A DNA stretch of 64,000 nt from Candidatus Acidiferrum sp. (GTDB lineage Bacteria; Acidobacteriota; Terriglobia; Acidiferrales; UBA7541). Of the stretch, positions 40,416 through 49,380 are shown piece by piece (the first letter of the stretch is position 1; the number at the start of each line of letters is the position of its first letter). Position numbers and translations under genes: made by a program. Where the stretch lies: the NCBI GenBank assembly GCA_035262325.1, contig DATFTB010000100.1, forward strand, positions 9,340 through 73,339. The letters are read 5' to 3'. The notes beneath the pieces are model-generated. The model did no database searches and was not told where the DNA came from. It saw nothing but the letters and a program-made list of their open reading frames with translations.

Positions 40416-40652
40416 AAGGCGCTCCAGGTGTCAGAACGAATGTACCAGATGCGCAAAACATCAGCTAGCGCCGCCTCTCTCTTGCTGTGACGCGTGAGGC
40501 TCGTAGGACCTAGTTGTTTGTGAAGCAAATCGGCGCCAACCTCTGTCCATCGAGCAGATTTAACGCGATATACTCTCGCGGAGGCCGTAGGTACTGCGGT
40601 TTCCCGGCCCGGCGGAAGTTTCCTACGGGCTCCGCAGAAAAGGTGCCTCGGC

Positions 40653-41135
40653 ATGAAGACGCTATCTATCCTGTTGCTCGCGAGCCAGTTGCTTTTCCTA
40701 GCCCCCTATGCGCGGCCGCAGTCTCTTGAAGAACTGCGACTAAGGGAACTCGCGGTGGAAGCGGAGGCCAAGCAGGACGAACTGCTGAACCTCGAAAAGG
40801 AAACGGCACGGGCATTGCAGTGGAATACCGGAACATTTTTCCGCCGGGTGTACAGCGAGGACTTTGTTGGGATAGTCGAAACGGGCAGGGTTCTCGACAA
40901 GGCCGGTTATATCGCATCGATTGAGAATTCCGGCACAAAGTATGCCTCTTTCGTCGCCAGCGACATCCGTGTTCGTTTGTACCAATACACTGCTGTGGTC
41001 ACCTGCTTATGGAGCGCGCGGGGCACACAAGGGGATCGAAGCTTTTCGCGCCAATACCGCGTGACTCATGTCTACGTATATGGCCAACGTGGTTGGCAGG
41101 CGGTGGCCGGCCATCAGACCTTGTTGCCAGGTTAG
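40653..41135 (+). CDS. exported NTF2-like (DUF4440) protein
   Basis: Signal peptide; SEDFV...G..LDK, VRLY..TAVV, THVY...WQAV. Confidence 0.85.
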   Translation: MKTLSILLLASQLLFLAPYARPQSLEELRLRELAVEAEAKQDELLNLEKETARALQWNTGTFFRRVYSEDFVGIVETGRVLDKAGYIASIENSGTKYASFVASDIRVRLYQYTAVVTCLWSARGTQGDRSFSRQYRVTHVYVYGQRGWQAVAGHQTLLPG

Positions 41136-41211
41136 CGGTGCAGAATGAGACCCGCGTCGATAACGCGGGACAGCGACGAACTCTTGTGGATATTAGGGGA
41201 GTAAGGCACCC

Positions 41212-41581
41212 ATGCCCAATAGACTGCTGTGCGCGTCCGCGCTTTTGCTCGTGATCGTGCTCGGGGCGTCGGCGCAACGTTCACCCGCACAAAAGGCCCA
41301 GGAACCAGTGCTGCCCTACTACCCTAGCCTGGATCTGAGGTCGATGGACAGGAGCATCGATCCGTGTGTCAATTTCTACGAATATTCCTGTGGTGCGTGG
41401 AAGAAAAACAATTCCATTCCGGCGAGGATTTGCCCGTGCGGGCGATGACGGATCCGCATTCCCCGCCGGAATACCGCATCAACGGTGTACTGCTGAACAT
41501 GCCCGAATTCGAGAAGGCGTTCGCATGCCAGCCAGGCCAGCCGATGACGAAGCCCGCGAAAAGGTCTGCAAAGTCTGGTAA
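41212..41581 (+). pseudogene. M13 (neprilysin/PepO) metallopeptidase pseudogene with large internal deletion
   Basis: N-terminal MDRSIDPCVNFYEYSCGAWKKNNSIP joined out of frame to C-terminal TDPHSPPEYRINGVLLNMPEFEKAFAC..GQPM, with KVCKVW* in another frame. Confidence 0.85.
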
Positions 41582-41666
41582 GCCGTTCTCTTCCTGAGGG
41601 TCACTGCGCAGGAGCGGAATCGCTATTCCTGGCCGCCGAACGCTCGAAAGGCCCGGGTTCGCTTGC

Positions 41667-44600
41667 TTAGGCGGGGACGGAGGCGGAGAGCGGGATGCAG
41701 GCCTCAATACAGGTGCCGGCACCGGGACGAGCGTGGATGAACAATTCGCCCCCGAGGCTGTGGAGGCGTTCCTCCATACTGAGCAGACCCAGCCCCGGGT
41801 TGGTCTCGATGGAAGTCGGATCGAATCCTGTTCCCTCGTCTGAGACCCGCAGCCGCAGTGAGCCAGCGACCTCATCCAACTGGACAAGCGCGCGGCTCGA
41901 CCCGCTGTGCTTGTGCGTGTTTCGGATGGCTTCCTGCGCGACGCGGAACAGGCAAAGCGAAGCGTCCTGCGGCAGCCTGTGGTGCAAGCGATCATTAACA
42001 AACCTGATTTCCATCGAATTCCGCGCGGCGAAATCCTTGCAGAAATTGTCCAACGCCTTCGTCAGCCCCAGGAGTTCCACCTGCGAGGGATGCAGGCGCC
42101 GCGAAACGTTGTGAACATCGCTGGCAATTTCGCTCGCTGCCTTCGCGAGAGCCTCCAGCTCCTGCGTCAGCGATGACTTCAGCTTACTCGAGGATTGTTT
42201 CAATCGCTCCAGATCGATGTTGAGCAGGGCCAGGCGCTGGCCCGCATCATCGTGCAGGTCTCGCGCAATGCGCGCACGCTCCTCCTCTTGGGCTCGGGCC
42301 AGGCGTTTCCGCAAGGCCGCAAGTTTCTCCTCAGACCGTTTTCGCTCGGTGATGTCCTGATAGATCGCGAAGGCGCCGACAAAGACGTCGCCCGAATAAA
42401 CTTTGACTCCGTGGAGTTCCACGTCGATCAACGTGCCGTCCTTGCGGCGGCGCTGCGCCATCTCATGGACCGCTCCACCAGCCTTGACAGCTTCTGAGAG
42501 CCGCGTCGCTCCCAATCTGTCGTGTGAGGCGATCAGTTCGTCGAGATTCCTTCCCCGAATCTCGGCTGCGGTGTAAAAGAACATCCGCTCGAAGGCTGGG
42601 TTGCAGAAGCTGACCAGCTGATTCTGGTCCTTGATTACAATGCCCAGCGGACTATTGGCAATCAGCTCATCCATGTACATCACATGCGCTTTTAGTTCCT
42701 GCTCGGCACGCTTGGTGGCGGTGATATCAAAGGCACTCGCCAGAATGGCTGGCTTGCCGTTCAACTCGGTGAGGGCGGCAGAAAACTCCAGCCAGCGCTT
42801 TTCCCCACTCTTGGTACGTACGGCGAATTGATAGCGGTTCGGGACTGGCTCGCCGCGGAGTCTCGACAGCATCCGTGTTCTGGACTCCTCCCGAAAGTCC
42901 GGGTGTACCAAATCCCAAGGACTCATCGAGAGGATCTCGTCGCGCGAATAGCCGGAAATGGTCTCGAACTCTTTGTTGAAGTAGACAAAGTGATCGTCCT
43001 GAAGCACCCAGATCGCCGAGGTGACCGTGTCTGCGACCAAACGGAACTTCGCTTCGCTCTCGCGCAGTGCTTCTTCCATCTGCAAACGCTCGGTGACGTC
43101 CTCTCCGGCGGCCAAGGCGCAAGGCTCTCCGTTGACGTCGATAACCTCGACAGAATAGAGCGCGTTTACGATCCGCCCCGCCTTTGTGCGCAGACGCACC
43201 GCACGCCCGGTTACTTTGCGGCGATGCAGCGAATCGGCCATGATGCTCGCGAAGTCCGCACTATCGGCCCAAAGCCCAATTTCCGGGACCGTTTTTCCGA
43301 TGATCTCTTCGCGGCTGAATCCGCTCTGTCGCTCGAAGCTCGAATTCACGTCGAGGAACCGGCCGTCGCGCAAGGAACTGATGGTCATGGCGTGCGGGCT
43401 CGCGCGGAAAGCAGTCTCGAATTTTTGCTCCGAAATGCGGAGCGCCTCCTCGGCGCGGAAACGCTCGGTGACATCGTGAGCCATGCCGCGAATCACAGGT
43501 GAGGACACGCCTGTGGACCGCAGCGTGGAAGTATATTCCCAGATGCGTTCCTCGCCGCTTTTGGTAACCACGACGATGAAGCCCTTGTCCTGACCGTTTT
43601 GGCGGACTCGTTCCGCAAAGGCAGGATAGAGATTCCGGAATCGTGGCGCCAAAAGGTCCCGCATGTTCATGCGAAGTACTTCTTCCACCTCGTACCCGAG
43701 GCGGCGGCAAGGCGCGGGATTGATCGAGAGAATACGGCCCTCGAGGTCGTGTGTGCCGAGCAGGTCCTCGCTGTTTTCGACCAGGTCGCGATAGCGGTCT
43801 TCGCTGTCGCGTAGTTCCGCCTCGATCCGCTTGCGTTCGGTGAGGTCCACAAAACTGACGAGGTAGAGGTCGCCAAGGCGCGAAAGGTGAAACTCGATAT
43901 CCCGCAGGGATCCGTCTTTGCAATATACGCGCGCGTCCATCGTCTCTATATTGGCGCAACCCCGGTTGGCCTTGTCGACGAGCGCCCGCCATTGGGTTTG
44001 GATCGCCTGGCGGTAGACGCTGTCGGGGTAAGCGACCAGCCACCATTCAGAGACGTTGTGGAAGTCTTCCAGGGTGTAACCGAAGAGGTTGGTAAACCTC
44101 TCGTTGACGAGGAGCGCTTCCTCATTCGGCGCTCGCGAAACCAACATGGCGGTGGGAGAGTGGAGAACGATCTGGCGGCTCAGTTCTTCGCTCTGGCGAA
44201 GCTCCTCTTCCGAGCGCAAGCGCTTTTGAATTTCGAGCTGAAGCGAGACATTGTCCGCCGCGAGACCAAGGCTTCTCCGTTCGCTCGCTTCCAACTCGGA
44301 CTCGGTGCGTTTGTAACGTTCCACGAGAAGGAGAATCATTCCCAAGCAAATGCCGCAAGTGTAGAGCAGGTCGAGGAAGAGAAGCCTATTACGTGAAAGG
44401 AATTCGATGTTGGCGAGATCGTGCAGCATGGGCGGAAATGGCACGGCCCAGAATTTGCTGACCACTTCGGCGAATACCAGAGAGTACAAGAGCTGGTCGA
44501 TCGCATAGGTGAAGCAGAAAGTTCCCGTTATGGCCGCGGCGACCGAGCGGTTGAGCCGGAAGTGCCTCCAGAAAACCTGGACGCAAAAGAGCAATGCCAG

Positions 44601-45041
44601 CGCCAGTGCAAAAGTGCGGCCTAGGTTGCGCACCGCCATGCTGGCGACGGGAATGGCGCGCCAGAAAAAGCCCAGAAAGAAGCACACCAGGGCCGCCACG
44701 ACGGCAAGGCCCATGCCCGTCCAGAACACGCTTCGCGGGAGCTTGTGAGGCGCCCGCCAGCTCCAGCCGCCGAACACCAGCAACGGAACCTCAAGGAATC
44801 CGGACAGCACCAGGACGAACACGAGGCAGGCCTTCAGGGGCGTCCAGGCTGGACCAACGTGCAGCGAAATCGCGGCCGCGCCCAAGTAGACGGCGAAGGC
44901 CGTCCAGGCCCACGCCCACCAGCGGAAGAACTCAAATCTGCGAAGGCGGGCGTAAAGCGCCCACAACAGCACAACCAGGAAAACCGTCAGCAATAGCTGA
45001 ATGTTGACCGAAAGGTGGAGCGTTTCGCTGGCTGTCTGCAT
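41667..45041 (-). CDS. membrane sensor histidine kinase (multi-TM, 5 PAS, HisKA_3/HATPase)
   Basis: About 7 TM helices; five PAS units; EERARIARDLHDDAGQ; DEGTGF, GLGLLSMEER. Confidence 0.93.
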   Translation of the reverse strand: MQTASETLHLSVNIQLLLTVFLVVLLWALYARLRRFEFFRWWAWAWTAFAVYLGAAAISLHVGPAWTPLKACLVFVLVLSGFLEVPLLVFGGWSWRAPHKLPRSVFWTGMGLAVVAALVCFFLGFFWRAIPVASMAVRNLGRTFALALALLFCVQVFWRHFRLNRSVAAAITGTFCFTYAIDQLLYSLVFAEVVSKFWAVPFPPMLHDLANIEFLSRNRLLFLDLLYTCGICLGMILLLVERYKRTESELEASERRSLGLAADNVSLQLEIQKRLRSEEELRQSEELSRQIVLHSPTAMLVSRAPNEEALLVNERFTNLFGYTLEDFHNVSEWWLVAYPDSVYRQAIQTQWRALVDKANRGCANIETMDARVYCKDGSLRDIEFHLSRLGDLYLVSFVDLTERKRIEAELRDSEDRYRDLVENSEDLLGTHDLEGRILSINPAPCRRLGYEVEEVLRMNMRDLLAPRFRNLYPAFAERVRQNGQDKGFIVVVTKSGEERIWEYTSTLRSTGVSSPVIRGMAHDVTERFRAEEALRISEQKFETAFRASPHAMTISSLRDGRFLDVNSSFERQSGFSREEIIGKTVPEIGLWADSADFASIMADSLHRRKVTGRAVRLRTKAGRIVNALYSVEVIDVNGEPCALAAGEDVTERLQMEEALRESEAKFRLVADTVTSAIWVLQDDHFVYFNKEFETISGYSRDEILSMSPWDLVHPDFREESRTRMLSRLRGEPVPNRYQFAVRTKSGEKRWLEFSAALTELNGKPAILASAFDITATKRAEQELKAHVMYMDELIANSPLGIVIKDQNQLVSFCNPAFERMFFYTAAEIRGRNLDELIASHDRLGATRLSEAVKAGGAVHEMAQRRRKDGTLIDVELHGVKVYSGDVFVGAFAIYQDITERKRSEEKLAALRKRLARAQEEERARIARDLHDDAGQRLALLNIDLERLKQSSSKLKSSLTQELEALAKAASEIASDVHNVSRRLHPSQVELLGLTKALDNFCKDFAARNSMEIRFVNDRLHHRLPQDASLCLFRVAQEAIRNTHKHSGSSRALVQLDEVAGSLRLRVSDEGTGFDPTSIETNPGLGLLSMEERLHSLGGELFIHARPGAGTCIEACIPLSASVPA

Positions 45042-45109
45042 GTCAGAAGAATGCGCATCCCCAGGGCAGTTCCGAAGAAATGGGTGTTTTCGGGTTCTTT
45101 GAGTTTAAC

Positions 45110-46372
45110 CTACTTCGGCGCGCGGCGCACCTCGCCACCTGCGATTGCAAAGGCCAGAATCAAAGCGATCACGGGATCAGCAGGGTGCCGGTGCCGAAGC
45201 GTCGTATGCGCGACGTAAAAGGTGATGGGAAAGACGAGGGGGAACGCGGCCAGCGGAAAGAAGTAGGGGCTGCGGGCAAGAAGGAGCCGTGCCAGCCCGG
45301 CGACAATTCCAAGCAAAGCGACGGCATTCCAAAGAAAGACGAAGCGTACGAACAAGGAGTCGCTTTGAGAGAAATCCCGCCAAGGAGTCTCCGTGCCGAG
45401 CCATGTGGCGATGACCCTGCGGCCAAAGAGCTGAAGGTAGAGTCCCGGATGAGTGCGCACAAAATTCACGGCCTTGAGCCATTTCTCGTGCAAGAACTCC
45501 GTTTCTCCTTCCTGGCGGTAAAGGTGCACTTCTTCGTAACGGGTAATCCGGTTGGTGGCCCGGGAATGCTCGTCAAAGATCTCGTTATTGCCGGACCAGA
45601 ACTCGTAAACGAAATTAGAGCGCAAAGGAATGAAACGGTGGAACTGAACATAGTTGCGCAGGGTCCAGGGGGTACAAACTAGAATCATGACGCCGGCTGC
45701 GAGGAGTAGAGGTGATGCGCGGAGGGTCTTGCTGGCCACGTGGCGATAGAAAATCCAAGCCCACAAGAATGGCAGTAGCGATCCGAGAGTCGGATTGGTC
45801 AGCAGCGAGACTCCCCAGAGAAGACCGTAGAGGCTCGCTTCGCGACAGCTTATCGAGTCTCCGATCCGCAGCGTGGCCCACAACAAGGCCGCACCCAGTA
45901 AAGCGGAGAGTGACGTATCCCAGATCCATGCGAATGGCATTACGATTCCGCTGGGGAACACGGCCCAAATCCAGGCTGCAAGCGCCGCCGCGACGGGTTT
46001 GCCAATTCGCTGGCCCGCGTAACAGACAGGAATGCAGGCAAGGGAAGAGAAGGCGCAGTTCAACGAGACGGCGGCGTAGAACGACGCGAGGGTGAATGTG
46101 CCGAACAGCTTGAAAAGCACGGCAAGCAAGAGCGGATACACCGGCGCAAGCCAGGCCGTCGGCCCGGTCGCTTGCCGGAACAGGCAGCAGAAACCCCGTC
46201 CGTCCGCTAGAGCCGCGGCGACGTTCCCCACTTCATTCTGAAAGGGAACGGTGGCAAGCGCTTCCGAGGGAATCAACCCCGCTTGATGAATGAGATAAGC
46301 GATGCGCAGGCTCATGGCTATCAAGGTGATGAATACGGTCGAGCCAAGCAGTCGATAAACGCGCTCTCGCAT
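45110..46372 (-). CDS. ArnT/PMT-like (GT39/GT83) integral membrane glycosyltransferase
   Basis: Multi-TM; GPTAWLAPVYP, PWTLRNY, RHRHP; ATG at 46372. Confidence 0.78.
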   Translation of the reverse strand: MRERVYRLLGSTVFITLIAMSLRIAYLIHQAGLIPSEALATVPFQNEVGNVAAALADGRGFCCLFRQATGPTAWLAPVYPLLLAVLFKLFGTFTLASFYAAVSLNCAFSSLACIPVCYAGQRIGKPVAAALAAWIWAVFPSGIVMPFAWIWDTSLSALLGAALLWATLRIGDSISCREASLYGLLWGVSLLTNPTLGSLLPFLWAWIFYRHVASKTLRASPLLLAAGVMILVCTPWTLRNYVQFHRFIPLRSNFVYEFWSGNNEIFDEHSRATNRITRYEEVHLYRQEGETEFLHEKWLKAVNFVRTHPGLYLQLFGRRVIATWLGTETPWRDFSQSDSLFVRFVFLWNAVALLGIVAGLARLLLARSPYFFPLAAFPLVFPITFYVAHTTLRHRHPADPVIALILAFAIAGGEVRRAPK

Positions 46373-46543
46373 CGCAGCCTTGAGAATACAGCGAAGGAAA
46401 ACTTTTTCGAAAGTTCGAACCGCGCAATGAAGAAGGCTTGTCAGGCCCCGCCAGCTTCGCTTACAGTGATTTTTGAGCCTCAGCAAAGACGTGGGGTTCG
46501 AATCCCGCCCGACTTCCAGCCGATTCCAGAAAGGAAGATATCG

Positions 46544-47134
46544 ATGCAGACGAAAATGAGCTGGACCGGGTGCGTCACGCTTGCAACTGCGCTCCTGCTG
46601 GCAGGCTGTACAAATGCGCAAAAGGAGGCGACGCAGGCGGCCGTCAATGCCGCCCAGTCGGCGCTCGACACAGCGACAAGTGAGGCGGAGAAGTACGCGC
46701 CCGAGCAGCTCCGGGCGGCTCGGACTGCGCTGCAAAACGCAAAGGACGCTTTGGCGAAAAGCGACTACCAGGCGGCGTTGAAGGCGGCGCAAGACGCGTT
46801 GAGCAAAGCGAAGGACCTGGCGCCCGCGGTGGCCGCGAAGAAAGACGAGCTGAAGAAGTCCTGGGATAGCCTGAACGAGTCAGTGACCAAGTACCTGGAG
46901 GCGGTGAAGGCCAGGCTGGACGCGTATTCGCGCGGTGCGCGCATGCCGCAAGGCATGGACAAGACGAAACTCGCCGAGGCCAAGGGAGAATACGCACGGC
47001 TAAAGAAAGAGTGGGCAGACGACTCGGCCGAAGCCGCTAGGGGAGCCCTGGAGGACGCCCGGCAAAAAGGCTCCATCCTAAAGGATCAGCTCTCCAAACT
47101 GATGCAAGAGCTAGGCATCACGCCTAGAGAGTGA
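46544..47134 (+). CDS. Ala/Lys-rich helical lipoprotein (DUF4398-like)
   Basis: Lipobox LLLAGC; AEKYAPE motif; coiled-coil composition. Confidence 0.78.
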   Translation: MQTKMSWTGCVTLATALLLAGCTNAQKEATQAAVNAAQSALDTATSEAEKYAPEQLRAARTALQNAKDALAKSDYQAALKAAQDALSKAKDLAPAVAAKKDELKKSWDSLNESVTKYLEAVKARLDAYSRGARMPQGMDKTKLAEAKGEYARLKKEWADDSAEAARGALEDARQKGSILKDQLSKLMQELGITPRE

Positions 47135-47157
47135 ATTGGACCGTCGGCTTGAAAGTT

Positions 47158-49308
47158 CTAGAGCGCCTCAAGGCGCCAGAGGAGGCGAGCTCGGAATGAA
47201 GTGTGCGCGGTGAGCTCAGGTCGCCACAGCGCGAGAATCTGGGAGCCCTGGTAAACGCGCTCGAAGCCGCCCTCGGATTCCGAGACGGTCTCAATCGGAG
47301 CCACCCAAAAAGCATCCGCGTCGGGGGCCTCCAGCACAACGCCAAGGCGCTGCCAGCCATCCTGCATCCGCAGGGTAGGGCCGGGAAGCGCGCCGGAAAA
47401 GCGCAGATTCTGCGGGCCCCCAGGAGTCTCAAAAAAGCGGTCCGGCTCTGTCGGTGCCAACAGATTAATCACGGATTCGATACCGAACAGAACCGGGCGA
47501 CCCAGCGGCTCGGAAAGTGAAAGCGCAACGTCGCAACTGACCTCGCAACCGTTTGCCGAGGGGGCAAACAGAAAGCGTTTCGTTACCGCAAGGCGTGGAG
47601 GCCTTTGGGGATCGGCCGCGAGCTCTCTCGGAAGAAGTTCGAGAACCAAGTCCGCCTGAGTGGCCGAGGAATTCTGGATCTGAAAAGGGCCCGCGGCGAT
47701 ACCGGCCAATTCGTTGAGCTGGAGGGTTTCGTAGTCGCCGGGCGTCCGCGAAGGATCACACAGGATCAGCCGGAAGGCATGACGCGGGAAGCGGTCGTAG
47801 CGCAGAAAGCGTTCGAGATTAGGCTCCTTGACGCGAACTTGCTCGTGGATGGAGACAGCGCTCCCGCTCGATGGCGTTGAAGAAGAAGCTTCCTTCAAGC
47901 GCGAATGGTAAGCCTCAGGACGGCGCGAAATGGAGTTGATCAGTGTGGCGTTGCGCGAGCGGAAGTCGCAAACCGCGATGGTGGCTCCGTCGGAAGGCTT
48001 CAGAAGGGCTTGATACTCTGGAGCCGTGAAGAGAAGCTCGGAGGCTCCGTCGGCATCGTAGTCCAGAAACTCCACCCGAGCTACCATGTTGCCGGGGGTG
48101 AGCTGATCGGCAAGCGATTCCGCCCGGACCAGGTTGCGCCAAAGCTCCGTGCGCAGATGAGGCGCGTAGATCCCGCCAAAGATCCCGTGCCAGTAGGCGT
48201 CGTTACCCTGGCCGCGCAACATGTGGTCGCGAGCCTCCCTGAACGCAACGGAGTGCCCATAACGGGAGCGGCGCGGCGGCACCGAAGCGACCGCGGCGGA
48301 AACCCTCATCATTTTTTTCTGCAGCAGATTGGATTCCGCGTATTTGCGGAAAAATCCACGCCAACCGCTGCCGCGAACGAACGCAAGCAGATCGGGCCTA
48401 GACGCGAATTCCTTTTGCAGAGCGTAAACGCGCAGCCGTGTGTTCGTGGGAAGCACCCATTCCATCATCTCCGCATAAGAAGCGGTCGGAAGGTCGGCGC
48501 GCCCCAGGGGGTGGTGAGAGGCCATCAAGACGCCCGGCGCCGCCGTCTTAAGCCAGGATGAGTTCCGCTCGAGAGCCTCGAAGAACTGCTCGAGCCAGCC
48601 GTCGGCGTAGCAGTGCGTAAAAGTACCGGGCCAGACGCCGAATTTTTCCATGTCGTCGGCAAAAGTGGCCACTCCATTCGGGTGCCGTTGCGCCGCGTCC
48701 TTTAGGTACTCAATGCATTCCTCGACCTTGCGAAACGGAATGAGGTAGCGCAAGTCCTTCAGGCCGGGGAACAACCACACCGACTTGCCGCAATCCTCCG
48801 CGATATACGGTCCAAAGAGCTCTTCGGGCTCGAAACCGGCCGCCAGAAACGGAAGATCGTCGACCAGCGTGTAAGCAACCTGGGCGGTCGCGAGAGTCGA
48901 AGGCAGTTGAGGTTCCCAAACGCGTTCGGCCAGCCACGCACCCGTTGGACGCTTGCCAAAATGCTGCTCGACGTAGTCGCCAAGCCGTTTGAGCTGCTCC
49001 AGTCGATCCGCTTCCGGAATGGAGATCAGGATCGGTTCGTAGAAACCGCCTCCGAGAATTTCTACTTGCCCCGCGGTGACCAGTTGGCGGAGGCGCTCGA
49101 AATATTCCGGATGATGCTTCTCGATCCACAGAAGCAGCGGGCCGGAATAGTGCAATCCGACGTGAATGCCGGGGTGCTCTTCGAGCCGCGACAAGAACGC
49201 ATCGTAGGACTGCTTGTAGCATTCCTCGAAAACATGCTCGAAATTACCTGCTGGCTGGTGGCCGTGAACGACAAGGACTAGGTGCAAGGAGGGACTGGAT
49301 TGGGGCAT
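47158..49308 (-). CDS. GH57 alpha-amylase / 4-alpha-glucanotransferase
   Basis: HGHQP, LHYSG, WLAERVWE, DDMEKFG.WP, NDAYWHG.FGG.Y.PHLR, SE.GFE..YQG. Confidence 0.93.
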   Translation of the reverse strand: MPQSSPSLHLVLVVHGHQPAGNFEHVFEECYKQSYDAFLSRLEEHPGIHVGLHYSGPLLLWIEKHHPEYFERLRQLVTAGQVEILGGGFYEPILISIPEADRLEQLKRLGDYVEQHFGKRPTGAWLAERVWEPQLPSTLATAQVAYTLVDDLPFLAAGFEPEELFGPYIAEDCGKSVWLFPGLKDLRYLIPFRKVEECIEYLKDAAQRHPNGVATFADDMEKFGVWPGTFTHCYADGWLEQFFEALERNSSWLKTAAPGVLMASHHPLGRADLPTASYAEMMEWVLPTNTRLRVYALQKEFASRPDLLAFVRGSGWRGFFRKYAESNLLQKKMMRVSAAVASVPPRRSRYGHSVAFREARDHMLRGQGNDAYWHGIFGGIYAPHLRTELWRNLVRAESLADQLTPGNMVARVEFLDYDADGASELLFTAPEYQALLKPSDGATIAVCDFRSRNATLINSISRRPEAYHSRLKEASSSTPSSGSAVSIHEQVRVKEPNLERFLRYDRFPRHAFRLILCDPSRTPGDYETLQLNELAGIAAGPFQIQNSSATQADLVLELLPRELAADPQRPPRLAVTKRFLFAPSANGCEVSCDVALSLSEPLGRPVLFGIESVINLLAPTEPDRFFETPGGPQNLRFSGALPGPTLRMQDGWQRLGVVLEAPDADAFWVAPIETVSESEGGFERVYQGSQILALWRPELTAHTSFRARLLWRLEAL

Positions 49309-49380
49309 GACGTTCCTCGTCCATAATACCCGAGATACGCATGAGAGTGGAGGGAGGAAGGGAGTGTGAATCGGCTAGGT

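Noticed and set aside
46373-46792. N-terminal extensions of the ArnT-like GT and the lipoprotein (similarly 62337-62705 and 51115-51243)
   Set aside because: The extensions overlap neighbouring genes or lack coding character; downstream starts give proper signal or TM sequences.
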